In this document: positions 42,985 to 53,164 of the stretch, piece by piece
How the letters are laid out: each line of letters begins with the position of its first letter
Numbering within the stretch: the first letter of the stretch is position 1
The notes under the pieces: generated by a model
Told to the model about the DNA's origin: nothing
Databases searched by the model: none
Seen by the model: only the letters and a program-made list of their open reading frames with translations
Position numbers and translations under genes: made by a program
Source: an uncultured Actinomycetes bacterium
Lineage (GTDB): Bacteria; Actinomycetota; UBA4738; HRBIN12
Length of the DNA stretch: 64,000 nt
Direction: 5' to 3'
Assembly (NCBI GenBank): GCA_963704725.1
Contig: OY969934.1
Span: forward strand, 1,440,001 to 1,504,000

Positions 42985-45722
42985 GGCGAGCGCGGCCGGC
43001 GACCCCGGCCGGGGGAGGCGACGTGGCGAGAGGCCGGCGGAGGGATCGGAACGCCCTGTGGCTTCGGGCGCCCGTCGTGCTCCTTCGCTACCCGAAGCTC
43101 CTCCTGGCCGTGGCCCTCGGCGCCCTCCTCCTGGCCGTGTCCGTGGCCGCGTACCCGCTGTTCCTCTCGGCCGAGACCAACCATCTGGTCGAGGCCGCGA
43201 TCGAGCGTCCCGGCCTCACCCGGTTCGGCGCCGGCATCCTGTACCAGGTCCGCGTGGCGCCGCTCCACACGAAGGGGGAGGGGTTCTCTCCGACCTCGCG
43301 GGGCGGCGCGTTCGACGCGTTCACCGACGAGCCACGGCTGGGTCCGACGATCGCGAGCGCCCTCGGGCCGCCGATGCGGGCGTTCGGGACGAGGCGGCCG
43401 GGGCGCTGGGCGCCGATCGCGCTGTTCTCCGGCACGGGGGCCCGGGCGCACGTCGAGGTCCTGGGCCGCGCCGGACAGGGCGGCGTCTGGCTCGACGACC
43501 GCACCGCGCGCAGCCTGGGCGTCGGCAAGGGGGATCGCGTCACGATCGGCTCGGAGGCGGGGGTCGCGATCGAGCTCCGCGTCACGGGCCGATACGCCGC
43601 CCTGGCGGGCCGAGACGACGACGGCTACTGGGGGGCGTGGGACGCGAGCATCCACCCGTTCTGCGCCTCCGGGGACTGCGCCGCGCCGGCCGCGTTCGCC
43701 ATCGTGGAGCCCGCGCGGATGCCGCGGCTGCTCGACCGTCTCGAGGCGGCGTCGGCCACGTACTCGTGGCAGGCGCCCGTTCGTTCGGCGGCGATCTCGT
43801 GGACGGCGGCGGGATCGCTGGGTGAGTTCGAGGAGCACTTCTCGCAGGAGGCGAGCCGGGAGCTCAACGTCTTCCAGTGCTGCGGATCCGTGGTCACGGA
43901 CGAGCAGGAGATGAACGTACGCCTCACGGTCGGGATGCCGGCGATCGTCGAGGAGCTCCGCCGGACCCTGGCGACCCTCGACGGGCCGGGCAGGGTCCTG
44001 CGCGCCGCTGGCGTGGCCGTCGCGCTCGCGGTGGTCGCCGCCGCAGGGGCCTTCTCGGTCTCCGCGCGCGGCGTGGAGTCGCGCCTGCTGTTCGCGCGCG
44101 GGACCGCCGCCCGGACGGTGGGCGCCCTGACGGCGATCGGAGCGGCAGTGCCGAGCCTCGCGGGGGCGGCCGCGGGGTTCGGCGTCGCCCTGCTCATCGC
44201 CCGGGCCGGCGCCGGCGGGGACGTCGCGGCCCGGGCGAGCGGCGACGGCCTGCGGGCCGCCGCCCTGGCGGCGCTCGCGTCCCTGGCGCTGCTCAGCCTC
44301 GTGGCCGCGATCGCCTACGCGAACGCGTTCGGGTTGCGCCGGCGACGGCTCGGAGTGCTCGCGCGGGTGCCTTGGGAGCTGGCGCTCGTGGGCGTCGCCG
44401 CGGTCGCGCTGGTCCGGATCCGCGGCGGCGGCGCCTTCGTCCGCGACCCTGCGCTCGGCGTCGGCCGGCCGAGCGCGTCCCTGCTGTTGTTCCCGGTCGT
44501 GGCCATCGGCGGGCTGAGCGCGGTGGGGAGTCGTGGCTTCCTCGCCCTCGTCCGGTGGGTCCGCGGGCGGAGCGGCCGGTTCACGTCCTGGCTCTACCTG
44601 GCCGTGCACCGCATGGCCGGGGCCCCGCGGGTGGCCGTCCTGCTCGTGGCGACCACGGCCCTGTGCCTGGGGCTCGCCGTCCACACGCAGACCGTGGTGC
44701 GGTCCCTGCAGTCGACGGTCGACGCGAAGGCGGGCGTGTTCGTGGGCAGCGACGTGAGCGCGCGCGTCGTCTACGGGACGGGGGCGCCCGACCCCTTCCC
44801 CCTCCCGCTCACACGGGTCACCAGGGTGCCCGGAGGGGTCCTGATCGACGGGGACCGGCGCGCCGACCTCCTGGCGATCGACCCGGGCACGTTCGAGGCC
44901 GCCGCCTTCTGGAACCCGGGCTTCTCGGACGTTCCCCTGTCCGAGATCGTTCGGCGGCTCTCCGAGCCGGCCGCGCGCGGCATCCCGATCGCCGTCACGG
45001 GCAACGTGCGCCTGCCCTCCACACTTCGCTTCTCCGGGCGCGACGTGCCGGTCCGCGTCGTGGCCCGGCCGGACGCGTTCCCGGGGACCTCCTCCCTGCG
45101 TCCCCTGGTCGTCGTGGACGAGAGCCTCCTGGTGCAGGCGACCTCCGGAGGGCTGAACCCGCTCGCGACGATGAGTGGCAGCACCGAGCTGTGGGTCCGG
45201 GGCGAGGCCCAGGAGGCCCTGACCGACCTGCAGGCGACGGGCAAGACCCTCTACCTGATCCGGACGGCCGACCGGGTGCGCAACATCCCCAGGATCGCCG
45301 CGGTGATCCGGACGTTCCGGGTGCTGAACGCGCTCGGGCTGGTCGCCGGCGCGCTCGTCGTGCTCGGCATGCTGATGTACCTGCAGGCCCGGCAGCGTTC
45401 GCAGGAGGTCTCGTACGGGCTCTCGCTGCGGATGGGCATGACGCACGCCCGTCATCGCCGCTCGCTCACCGTCGAGCTCGGCGCGATGCTCGGCTTCTCC
45501 TACGCGATCGGCCTCGTGCTCGCCCTTGGCGTGGCCGTCGTGATCGCCCGGCTCCTGGATCCGCTCGAGTCCATCCCGCCGGGCGCGCTGCTCGTGATCC
45601 CGGGCGGATCGATCCTCGCAACCCTGGCGGCGGTGCTCGGGCTCGCGTGGGTCTCGGGATGGTTCATCAACCGCCGGGCGCGGGCGGTCGACCTCGGGGA
45701 GGTGATGCGCCTTGCCGAGTGA
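42981..45722 (+). CDS. FtsX/MacB-like ABC permease with two TM clusters
   Basis: Two large extracytoplasmic domains, each followed by a TM bundle; overlaps the ATPase gene. Confidence 0.8.
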   Translation: MRRARPATPAGGGDVARGRRRDRNALWLRAPVVLLRYPKLLLAVALGALLLAVSVAAYPLFLSAETNHLVEAAIERPGLTRFGAGILYQVRVAPLHTKGEGFSPTSRGGAFDAFTDEPRLGPTIASALGPPMRAFGTRRPGRWAPIALFSGTGARAHVEVLGRAGQGGVWLDDRTARSLGVGKGDRVTIGSEAGVAIELRVTGRYAALAGRDDDGYWGAWDASIHPFCASGDCAAPAAFAIVEPARMPRLLDRLEAASATYSWQAPVRSAAISWTAAGSLGEFEEHFSQEASRELNVFQCCGSVVTDEQEMNVRLTVGMPAIVEELRRTLATLDGPGRVLRAAGVAVALAVVAAAGAFSVSARGVESRLLFARGTAARTVGALTAIGAAVPSLAGAAAGFGVALLIARAGAGGDVAARASGDGLRAAALAALASLALLSLVAAIAYANAFGLRRRRLGVLARVPWELALVGVAAVALVRIRGGGAFVRDPALGVGRPSASLLLFPVVAIGGLSAVGSRGFLALVRWVRGRSGRFTSWLYLAVHRMAGAPRVAVLLVATTALCLGLAVHTQTVVRSLQSTVDAKAGVFVGSDVSARVVYGTGAPDPFPLPLTRVTRVPGGVLIDGDRRADLLAIDPGTFEAAAFWNPGFSDVPLSEIVRRLSEPAARGIPIAVTGNVRLPSTLRFSGRDVPVRVVARPDAFPGTSSLRPLVVVDESLLVQATSGGLNPLATMSGSTELWVRGEAQEALTDLQATGKTLYLIRTADRVRNIPRIAAVIRTFRVLNALGLVAGALVVLGMLMYLQARQRSQEVSYGLSLRMGMTHARHRRSLTVELGAMLGFSYAIGLVLALGVAVVIARLLDPLESIPPGALLVIPGGSILATLAAVLGLAWVSGWFINRRARAVDLGEVMRLAE

Positions 45723-47112
45723 GCGCCCGGCGGCGCGGTCCGAGGGGCTCACGAGGACCTACCGGACGGCGGGGTCCGTGGTCGAGGCCCTGGCGGGCGT
45801 CACGGTCGACATCCCGCGAGCGGCCGTGGTGGCGGTGGCGGGCCCCTCGGGCAGCGGCAAGTCGTCGTTCCTCCGGTTGCTGGCCGGTCTGGACCGGCCG
45901 ACCTCGGGTCGCCTGTGGGTCGGGGAGCTGGCCCTGCACGCCGCTTCTCGGCGCCGGCTCCGCGTGCACCGGCGCCGGACGGTGGCGTACGTGTTCCAGC
46001 GGGCCTCGGACAACTTCTTCCCGTACCTCACCGTCCGCCAGCACCTGGGGCTCGCGCTCCGGGCCTCGCGCCGGGCCCCGAGCGTCGACGCGGCCGAGCT
46101 CGTCGAGCTCCTCGGGATCGAGGAACGCCTGGATCACCGGGCGGCCGAGCTCTCGGGCGGGGAACAGGCGCGCGCGGCGATCGCACAGGCCCTGGCGCGC
46201 GGGTCGAGCCTCGTGGTCGCCGACGAGCCCACGGCGGAGCTCGACACCGCGTCGGCGGCCGGCGTCATCGAGGCGATGCTCGCGCTCCGCGAGCGCGGCG
46301 CGACGTTCGTCGTCGCGACCCACGACCCGGAGGTGATGCGGCGGGCCGACGACCTGATCGCGCTCGACCACGGCCGGCTCCGCCCGAGGCTCGCCGCCGG
46401 GGACGCGCGGGCCTCGCGGCCCGAGGCTCCGCGGCCGATCGGGCGTCCCGTCGGCGAGCCGGTCCTGCGCGCGTCGGGCGTGAGCAAGTCGTACCGGCGG
46501 GGCCGAGCCAGCGTGCCGGCCGTCCGCGGGGCCGACCTGTCCGTGCGCACCGGGGAGCTCGTCGGGCTCGTCGGGCGGTCGGGGTCCGGCAAGACGACGC
46601 TGCTGAACCTCGTCGCGGGGTGGGAGCGCCCGGACGAGGGGACGGTCGCCGTGGCCGGCGTGGACCCGGCCGTCGTGTCCCCGCCGTGGAGCGACGTCGC
46701 GGTGCTCCCGCAGCGGCTCGGCCTGATGGAGGAGCTGACCGTCCGGGAGAACGTGGAGTACCCGGCGCGGCTGAACGGGACGCTCGGGTCGATCGGCCGG
46801 CTGATCGACGACCTGCTCGAGGCGCTCGGCCTCGAGGCGCTGCAGTCCCGTCACCCGAGCCAGACCTCCGTCGGCGAACAGCAGCGCGCGGCGATCGCCC
46901 GGGCGCTCGTGCTCTCCCCGAGGCTCGTCCTGGCCGACGAGCCCACGGGCCACCAGAACCGCGCGTGGGCCGACCGCGTCCTCGACGTGCTGCGACGAGC
47001 CGTGGACGAGGGCTCGTCCTGCCTGGCCGCGACGCACGACGAGGAGATCGTCCGCCACGTCACCCGGGTGCTCGAGATGTCCGACGGCACGCTCGCGGAG
47101 CGGCCGGCCTGA
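45712..47112 (+). CDS. ABC ATPase with two fused LolD/MacB-type NBDs
   Basis: GPSGSGKS/LSGGE/ADEPT/ATHD, then GRSGSGKT/TSVGE/ADEPT/ATHD. Confidence 0.92.
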   Translation: MPSERPAARSEGLTRTYRTAGSVVEALAGVTVDIPRAAVVAVAGPSGSGKSSFLRLLAGLDRPTSGRLWVGELALHAASRRRLRVHRRRTVAYVFQRASDNFFPYLTVRQHLGLALRASRRAPSVDAAELVELLGIEERLDHRAAELSGGEQARAAIAQALARGSSLVVADEPTAELDTASAAGVIEAMLALRERGATFVVATHDPEVMRRADDLIALDHGRLRPRLAAGDARASRPEAPRPIGRPVGEPVLRASGVSKSYRRGRASVPAVRGADLSVRTGELVGLVGRSGSGKTTLLNLVAGWERPDEGTVAVAGVDPAVVSPPWSDVAVLPQRLGLMEELTVRENVEYPARLNGTLGSIGRLIDDLLEALGLEALQSRHPSQTSVGEQQRAAIARALVLSPRLVLADEPTGHQNRAWADRVLDVLRRAVDEGSSCLAATHDEEIVRHVTRVLEMSDGTLAERPA

Positions 47113-47114
47113 CG

Positions 47115-48473
47115 TCAGATCACCTCGAAATAGCGCCGGCGCTCCCATTCGGTGACGGCGCCGGGCGCGAGGAACTGCTCCCACTCCCACCGCCCGGCCT
47201 CGGCGTAGTGCGCCACGACGTCCTTGCCGAAGACCTCGGCCGCGAACGCGCCGTCGCGGAAGCTCGCGACGGCCTCGCCGAGCGTGGCCGGCAGCGGTGG
47301 CACGGGCCGGTCGAAGTCGCCGCCCATGAGCGGTTCGCCCGGATCGGCACCGGTGGCGATGCCGTCCGCCGCCGAGGCCAGCAGCGCGGCGATGGCGAGG
47401 TAGGGGTTCACGTCCGCTCCGGGCACGCGCCACTCGAGCCGTGTCGACGCCGGCCCCTCGACGAGTACCCGGCACGACACCATCCGGCTGTCGAACCCCC
47501 ACGACCGCCCGTTGCCCGAGAACTCGCCGCTCGTCGTCCGCCGGTACGAGTTCACCGTGGGCGCGTAGAGGAGCATGAGCTCGGGCGCGCGGTCGAGGAT
47601 GCCGCCGATCGCGGCGCGGAGCGTCGCCGACACGCCGTCGGCGGCGTCGGCGTCGTGGAAGACGTTGGCCCCCGAGCCGTCCACCATCGACAGGTGCAGG
47701 TGGCAGGAGGAGCCGGTGGTGTCGCCGAACGGCTTGGCCATGAAGGTCGCGGCCATCCCCGCCGCCGCGGCCAGGTCGCGCACCGCGAGCTTGAACAGGA
47801 CGTGCCGGTCGGCCATCTCGAGCGCCCGCTGGTACTCGAGGTTGATCTCCCACTGGCCGAGGCCCCACTCCACCTGGCTGGTCCAGGGGCCGAGGTTGGA
47901 GGCCGCGAGCGCCTCGCGGACTCCGGCGAAGAAGCCCTCGTGCCGGTCGCCGGCCTGGATCGTGTAGTCGGCGCGGGCGGTCGTGGTCGGACGGAGCGTT
48001 TCGTAGCCGTCCGACCGGCTCTCCTCGTACGTGCCCCGGTACAGCGCGAACTCCAGCTCGCTCCCGACCTGCGGGACGAGCCCCGTCTTCGCCAGCCGCT
48101 CGACCTGGCGCCGGAGCATCGTCCGGGGTGCGACGGGGACGAGCTCGTCGGACGACAGCTCGACGAAGTCGGCCACGCAGATCGCCGTCCGCTCGAGCCA
48201 GGCCGCCGGGCGCAGGGAGTCGAGGTCCGGCACGAGCCGGACGTCGTGCCAGCCGGTGTGATGGCCGGTGTACTCCTGCACCGGGCCGGGCCACTGGTCG
48301 AGGTCCCAGCCGAGCACGCAGGAGCTGAGCGGCACGCCCTCGTGCAGGAGCCGCAGGAACACGTCGGGGGAGAAGCGCTTGCCCACGAGCCTCCCCGTCA
48401 CGTCGACCGAGGTCACGACGACCGTGGAGAACCCCTCGGCCGCGAGGTCCTCCGGTCGCAGCGCGGGAGTCAT
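47115..48473 (-). CDS. Glutamine synthetase-like ligase (gamma-glutamyl-amine synthetase type)
   Basis: GRLVGKR, ELEF, GQWEINL, ATFMAKP, GSSCHLHLS, APTVNSYRR, EWRVPGADVNPY; ATG 48473 overlaps the SDR stop (alternative start 48485). Confidence 0.88.
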   Translation of the reverse strand: MTPALRPEDLAAEGFSTVVVTSVDVTGRLVGKRFSPDVFLRLLHEGVPLSSCVLGWDLDQWPGPVQEYTGHHTGWHDVRLVPDLDSLRPAAWLERTAICVADFVELSSDELVPVAPRTMLRRQVERLAKTGLVPQVGSELEFALYRGTYEESRSDGYETLRPTTTARADYTIQAGDRHEGFFAGVREALAASNLGPWTSQVEWGLGQWEINLEYQRALEMADRHVLFKLAVRDLAAAAGMAATFMAKPFGDTTGSSCHLHLSMVDGSGANVFHDADAADGVSATLRAAIGGILDRAPELMLLYAPTVNSYRRTTSGEFSGNGRSWGFDSRMVSCRVLVEGPASTRLEWRVPGADVNPYLAIAALLASAADGIATGADPGEPLMGGDFDRPVPPLPATLGEAVASFRDGAFAAEVFGKDVVAHYAEAGRWEWEQFLAPGAVTEWERRRYFEVI

Positions 48474-49240
48474 CGCGTCAGCCATCCGCCGTCGACCGGG
48501 AGCTGCGCGCCGGTGATGAACGACGCCTCGTCCGAGAGCAGGAACGAGATCGCCGCGGCGACGTCCTCCGGCTCGCCGACGCGCGGCACGAGCAGTCGCT
48601 GGCGCATGAACTCCCAGGCCTCGGGGGAGCGGAGGTCGCCGCCGGGGATGAACGAGGTGGCGATGGGCCCGGGCGCCACCGCGTTGACGCGGATGTTCCG
48701 ATGCGAGAGCTCGACCGCGAGCGCCTTCGTCAGCATCTTCACGCCGCCCTTGGAGGCGTTGTAGTGCACCTGCGGGTGGCCCATGGACGAGACGACCACC
48801 TCGGACTCGATCGTGGACATGTTGACGATCGCGCCGCCGCCGGCCTCGGCGATCAAGGGTGCGACCGCCTGGGTGACGAGATACATGCCCTTAAGGTTGG
48901 TGTCGAGGACAAGGTCCCACTCCTCCTCGGCCAGCTCGTCGAGCGCCGACAGCCGGACCAGCCCGGCGTTGTTGACGAGGTAGTGGATCGCGCCGAACGC
49001 TTCGAGCGCGCCGTCGCGGGCCGTCCGGACCTCCTCCCGGTCGCGAACGTCGGCGTCGAATGCCGCGCCCTGCCCACCCGCGTCCGCGATCAGGGCCACC
49101 GTCTCCTCCGCTGCGTCCAGGCGCACGTCGACGACGGCCACGGCCGCACCCTCGGAGGCGAGACGCCGCGCCGTGGCCCGTCCGATCCCCGAGCCGCTGC
49201 CCGTGACGATCGCCACGCGTCCGGAGTGGTCGAAGCTCAT
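48470..49240 (-). CDS. Short-chain dehydrogenase/reductase
   Basis: TGSGSGIG, NNAG, YNASK, RVNAVAPG, VDGG. Confidence 0.92.
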   Translation of the reverse strand: MSFDHSGRVAIVTGSGSGIGRATARRLASEGAAVAVVDVRLDAAEETVALIADAGGQGAAFDADVRDREEVRTARDGALEAFGAIHYLVNNAGLVRLSALDELAEEEWDLVLDTNLKGMYLVTQAVAPLIAEAGGGAIVNMSTIESEVVVSSMGHPQVHYNASKGGVKMLTKALAVELSHRNIRVNAVAPGPIATSFIPGGDLRSPEAWEFMRQRLLVPRVGEPEDVAAAISFLLSDEASFITGAQLPVDGGWLTR

Positions 49241-50037
49241 GCGCCCCCCGGGGCGTCGAACGCGAGGGACGCGACGTCCACGGCGGTGCCGCCACCGTCG
49301 GCGACGAGGACCGATCCGGTCACGATCGAGGAGTCGTCGCTCGCCAGGAACAGGCAGCACGCCGCGATCTCCTCGGCGGTCGCGGGCCGACGGAGCGGGA
49401 CGTCCTTGGTGGCGAGAGCGTAGGCGTCCTCCCGCGCGATCCCCCGGGCGACCGCGACCTCGTCCATCGACTCGTCGCCCATCGGCGTCACGACCCAGCC
49501 GGGACAGAGCGCGTTGGCGCGGATCCCCCTCGGGCCGTAGTCGACCGCGATCGAGCGCGCCAGGCCGATCAGCGCGGCCTTGGAGGTGTCGTAGGCGGCG
49601 GAGTTCGTGCTGCTCACCAGCCCGGACACGCTCGACACGAGGACGATCGAGCCGCCGCCGCGCGCCGTGAGCTCGGGGATCGCGGCGCGAACTAGGCGGA
49701 GCGGCCCGGTGAGGTTCACGTCGAGCGTGCCGGACCATCGCTCGTCGTCCACGTCGCCGGCCGAGCCGCCGAACCCGACGCCCGCGTTCGCGACCACGAC
49801 GTCGAGCCCGCCGAAGCGCTCGACCGCGGCGGCGACGACGGCCGTCGCGTGATCCGGGTCGGTGACGTCCCCCGGGACCGCCAGGCCCCCCGTCTCGGCG
49901 GCGATCGCGGCGATCGGCTCGGGGCGGCGGCCGGTGACGACGACGCTCGCCCCCTCGGCGGCGAAGCGGCGAGCGGTGGCGGCGCCGATCCCCGAACCGC
50001 CTCCGCTCACGATCGCGACCTTGCCGGCCAGCCGCAC
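49237..50037 (-). CDS. Short-chain dehydrogenase/reductase
   Basis: SGGGSGIG, ANAG, YDTSK, NALCPG, ADGG. Confidence 0.92.
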   Translation of the reverse strand: MRLAGKVAIVSGGGSGIGAATARRFAAEGASVVVTGRRPEPIAAIAAETGGLAVPGDVTDPDHATAVVAAAVERFGGLDVVVANAGVGFGGSAGDVDDERWSGTLDVNLTGPLRLVRAAIPELTARGGGSIVLVSSVSGLVSSTNSAAYDTSKAALIGLARSIAVDYGPRGIRANALCPGWVVTPMGDESMDEVAVARGIAREDAYALATKDVPLRRPATAEEIAACCLFLASDDSSIVTGSVLVADGGGTAVDVASLAFDAPGGA

Positions 50038-50129
50038 GATGCCCCCCCGACGCCTTGCCCCAGAGATCGTTCGGACCCAAAATACCCAACCGCGGCAGCG
50101 GGCGTGCCGCGCGATCCGATCGGGGGCTC

Positions 50130-50720
50130 ATGGCGAACCTGGAACCGCTGCGGCGGGAGGACCATCCCGAGCTCGAGGACCTCTTCCGCCTGTACGACGA
50201 CACGATGTCGTTCGTTCCGAACAGCCTGTTCACGATGGCCCGACGTCCCGAGATCCTCCGGGCGTTCAGCGACCTCATCACCCAGATCTGGCGAACCGGA
50301 ACCGTTCCGGTCGGACTGAAGCCGCTCATCGCGATCGTCGCCAGCACCGCCGCCGGGTGCCGGTACTGCCAGGCCCACGAGACCGTGGACGCGATGCTCC
50401 GCGGCGTGCCCGAGGACAAGATCGCGGAGGTCTGGGACTTCGAGCGATCGACTCGGTACTCGGACGCCGAGCGCGCGGCGCTCCGCTTCGCCCGGGACGC
50501 CAGCGTCGTGCCGAACGAGGTGACGCCGGCGCACTTCGAGGACCTCCGCCGGCACTGGGACGAGGGCGAGATCGTCGAGATCCTTGCGGTCGTCGGGCTG
50601 TTCGGCTTCCTCAACCGGTGGAACGACTCCATGGCCACGGACCTGGAGGACGTCCCGAGCGCGTTCGCCCACCGGACGATCGGCCCGCACGGGTGGGAGC
50701 CGGGGAAGCACCGCCCATGA
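50130..50720 (+). CDS. Carboxymuconolactone decarboxylase/AhpD family protein
   Basis: FVPNS, CRYCQAH motif, FLNRWN. Confidence 0.88.
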   Translation: MANLEPLRREDHPELEDLFRLYDDTMSFVPNSLFTMARRPEILRAFSDLITQIWRTGTVPVGLKPLIAIVASTAAGCRYCQAHETVDAMLRGVPEDKIAEVWDFERSTRYSDAERAALRFARDASVVPNEVTPAHFEDLRRHWDEGEIVEILAVVGLFGFLNRWNDSMATDLEDVPSAFAHRTIGPHGWEPGKHRP

Positions 50721-51892
50721 GCCTCGGCGAGCGGATCACGTTGGAGGAGCTCGAGCGCGACCCGTACCCGATCTACGCGCGCCTGCGCGAGGAGGAGCCG
50801 GTGTCCTGGGTGCCGGCGGTGCAGCTGTGGCTCGTGACGCGGCACGACGACGTCCGGTTCGTGGACCTCACCCCCGACGTCTTCACGGCCGCGACGAGCC
50901 CGTCGACGCTGAACCGAACGATGGGCGTGAACATGCTCGGCTCGGAGGGCCCCGACCAGCGCCGCGTCCGTCGCGTCGTCGAGCCGCCGTTCCGGCCCCG
51001 GGACGTCGAGGCCCGGACCCGGGGCATGATCCCCCAGCTCGCGCACGAGCTGATCGACGGGTTCGAGGCGCGGGGCGCGTGCGACCTGTTCCGAGAGTTC
51101 GCCGACCCGATGAGCGTCCGCTCGCTCCGCTTCATGCTCGGGCTCGAGGAGGTGCCGTGGCAGGACCTCCTGCGGTGGAACGAGGGCCTCATGCCGGGGT
51201 TGGCCAACTTCGAGGGCGACCCGGCGAAGCAGGCGCCGGCCGACGAGGCGAGCGCCGCGCTCGGCGAGGTGATCGAGACGGTCCTGCAGCGCCTGCGGGA
51301 CGAGCCCGACGACTCGGTCCTGTCGTGGATGCTCCACCACGACCGCGACGGCGACGCGATGAGCCGGCAGGAGATCGTCGCGAACACCAAGCTCATGCTC
51401 TCCGGCGGCCTCCAGGAGCCCCGCGACCTGATCGCGCTCGTCGTGTACGCGCTGGGGTCGAACCCCGACCAGCTCGAGCGGGTGCGGGAGGACCGCGCGC
51501 TCGTCAAGCCGGCGGTGGAGGAGACGCTCCGATGGGCCGGCCCCGTCGGAACGTCCACCAGGCAGACGACGCGGCCGACCGAGCTCGCCGGCGTCGCGCT
51601 CCCCGACGGCGCCCTGATCGCGGCCGTGCTCGCCTCGGCGAACCGGGATCCTGGCCGCTTCCACGACCCCGATCGGTTCGACGTGCTCCGGCGGGAGGGC
51701 GCGCACCTGGCGTTCGCGGCCGGGAACCACTTCTGCCTGGGGGCGTGGTTCGGCCGCCACCTGGCGCGCGTCTCGCTCGAGATCCTGCTCGACCGGCTAC
51801 CCGGTCTGCGCCTCGACCCAGGCCGGCCGCCGACCCTGTCGGGGTGGGAGTTCCGGGCGCCGGACTCGATGTGGGTGCGGTGGGAAGGCTGA
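50717..51892 (+). CDS. Cytochrome P450 with non-canonical I-helix (GGLQEP)
   Basis: DPYPIYARLR, EETLR (ExxR), SANRDP, FAAGNHFCLG heme motif. Confidence 0.95.
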   Translation: MSLGERITLEELERDPYPIYARLREEEPVSWVPAVQLWLVTRHDDVRFVDLTPDVFTAATSPSTLNRTMGVNMLGSEGPDQRRVRRVVEPPFRPRDVEARTRGMIPQLAHELIDGFEARGACDLFREFADPMSVRSLRFMLGLEEVPWQDLLRWNEGLMPGLANFEGDPAKQAPADEASAALGEVIETVLQRLRDEPDDSVLSWMLHHDRDGDAMSRQEIVANTKLMLSGGLQEPRDLIALVVYALGSNPDQLERVREDRALVKPAVEETLRWAGPVGTSTRQTTRPTELAGVALPDGALIAAVLASANRDPGRFHDPDRFDVLRREGAHLAFAAGNHFCLGAWFGRHLARVSLEILLDRLPGLRLDPGRPPTLSGWEFRAPDSMWVRWEG

Positions 51893-51977
51893 ATTCGAAG
51901 TCGCCCGGACGAAGGACTAGGCTCGTCGTGGGGGCCACCGGCGCCCGGATCGAGCGCCAAGGGGAAAGGGGTCGGTC

Positions 51978-53115
51978 GTGGATCTTCGGTTGAGCCTGCG
52001 ACGCGCACGACGCGGGGTTGCCGCGATGTTGGCGTTCCTGCTGCCGGGCGTACTGGTCGGCATCATCGCGGCGCCCGCCGGGGCGACGGTGTTCTCGAAC
52101 CCGGCGGCGATCACGATCCCGGCCTCCGGGACGGCCGGCGTGTCGAACCCCTACCCATCGGCCATCTCGGTGTCCGGGCTGACCGGAACCGTCGTCGACG
52201 TGAACGTCACGCTGAACAACCTGTCGCACACGTGCGTTCAGCGACGACGACGTCCTGCTGGTGGGGCCGAGCGGCCAGAACGTCGTGCTGATGGCGGAGC
52301 GGGAACTGCTCCGGCCTTGCCTGACCCCGATCACGCTGACGCTCGACGACGCCGCGTCCGCCTCCCTGGCGACCACGGCGATCGCCTCACGGGGACCTAC
52401 CGGCCGACCGACGAGCTGGGTGGCGCGTTCAATGGGACCCCGCCGGCGCCGGCCGGGCCGTACTGGTGCGACGCTCGGCGCCTTCAACGGCACGGCGCCG
52501 AACGGAACTTGGAACCTGTTCGTCTACGACGACTTCAGCTTCGACGTCGGCTCGATCGCCGGCGGTTGGAGCCTGGACGTCACGACCAACGGGCCGACGA
52601 TCACCTCGTTCAACCCGACGAGCGGTCCCCCGGGGACCTCGGTCACGATCACCGGGACCAACCTGTCCGGGTTCACCTCGGTGACGTTCGGGGGCGCGCC
52701 CGCCGGCGTCACCTCGAGCACGCCGACCCAGATCGTCGCGACGGTGCCGAACAACGCCGTGACCGGCCCGATCGCGGTGACCACGCCGAACGGGACGGCC
52801 ACCAGCGCGACGAACTTCACCGTCGAGTCGCTCAACCATTCGAGGGACGTGAGCCTGAGCGTCGGGCACAAGGCGAAGGGACGGGTCACCGTGAACGACG
52901 GGTTCTCGGCGTGCGCGTCGGACGTCCCCGTCAAGGTGCAGCGCCGCGAGCACGGGCACTGGGAGCTGGTGGGCACGGACCGGACTGCCGGCAACGGTCG
53001 GTTCGTCGTGTTGGGGACGAACGACCCGGGCCGGTACCGGGCGCTGGCGAAGAAGGTGACGCTCCCCTCGGGCGACGTGTGCCTGAAGGCGGTCTCGCCG
53101 GCCGTCACCCACTGA
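51978..53115 (+). pseudogene. Secreted P-domain (proprotein convertase-like) + IPT/TIG protein, frameshifted about three times
   Basis: Signal peptide then FSNPAAITIP...PYPS...DVNVTL. Frame switches near 52235, 52385 and 52464 judged against the intact paralog. IPT-like PTITSFNPTSGPPGTSVTITG. Confidence 0.78.
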
Positions 53116-53164
53116 TCCCGGTCCGGATGCGGGACTGGACGCGGGTCGGTACGATCCGCGGGCC

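Noticed and set aside
42552-45752. 1066-aa minus-strand ORF and similar long antisense ORFs (7296-10052, 13581-16331)
   Set aside because: Shadow ORFs opposite real genes, expected at high GC; Arg/Pro/Gly-rich with no motifs.
47115-48473. Housekeeping glnA
   Set aside because: Variant active-site motifs and catabolic context fit a GS-like gamma-glutamyl ligase better.
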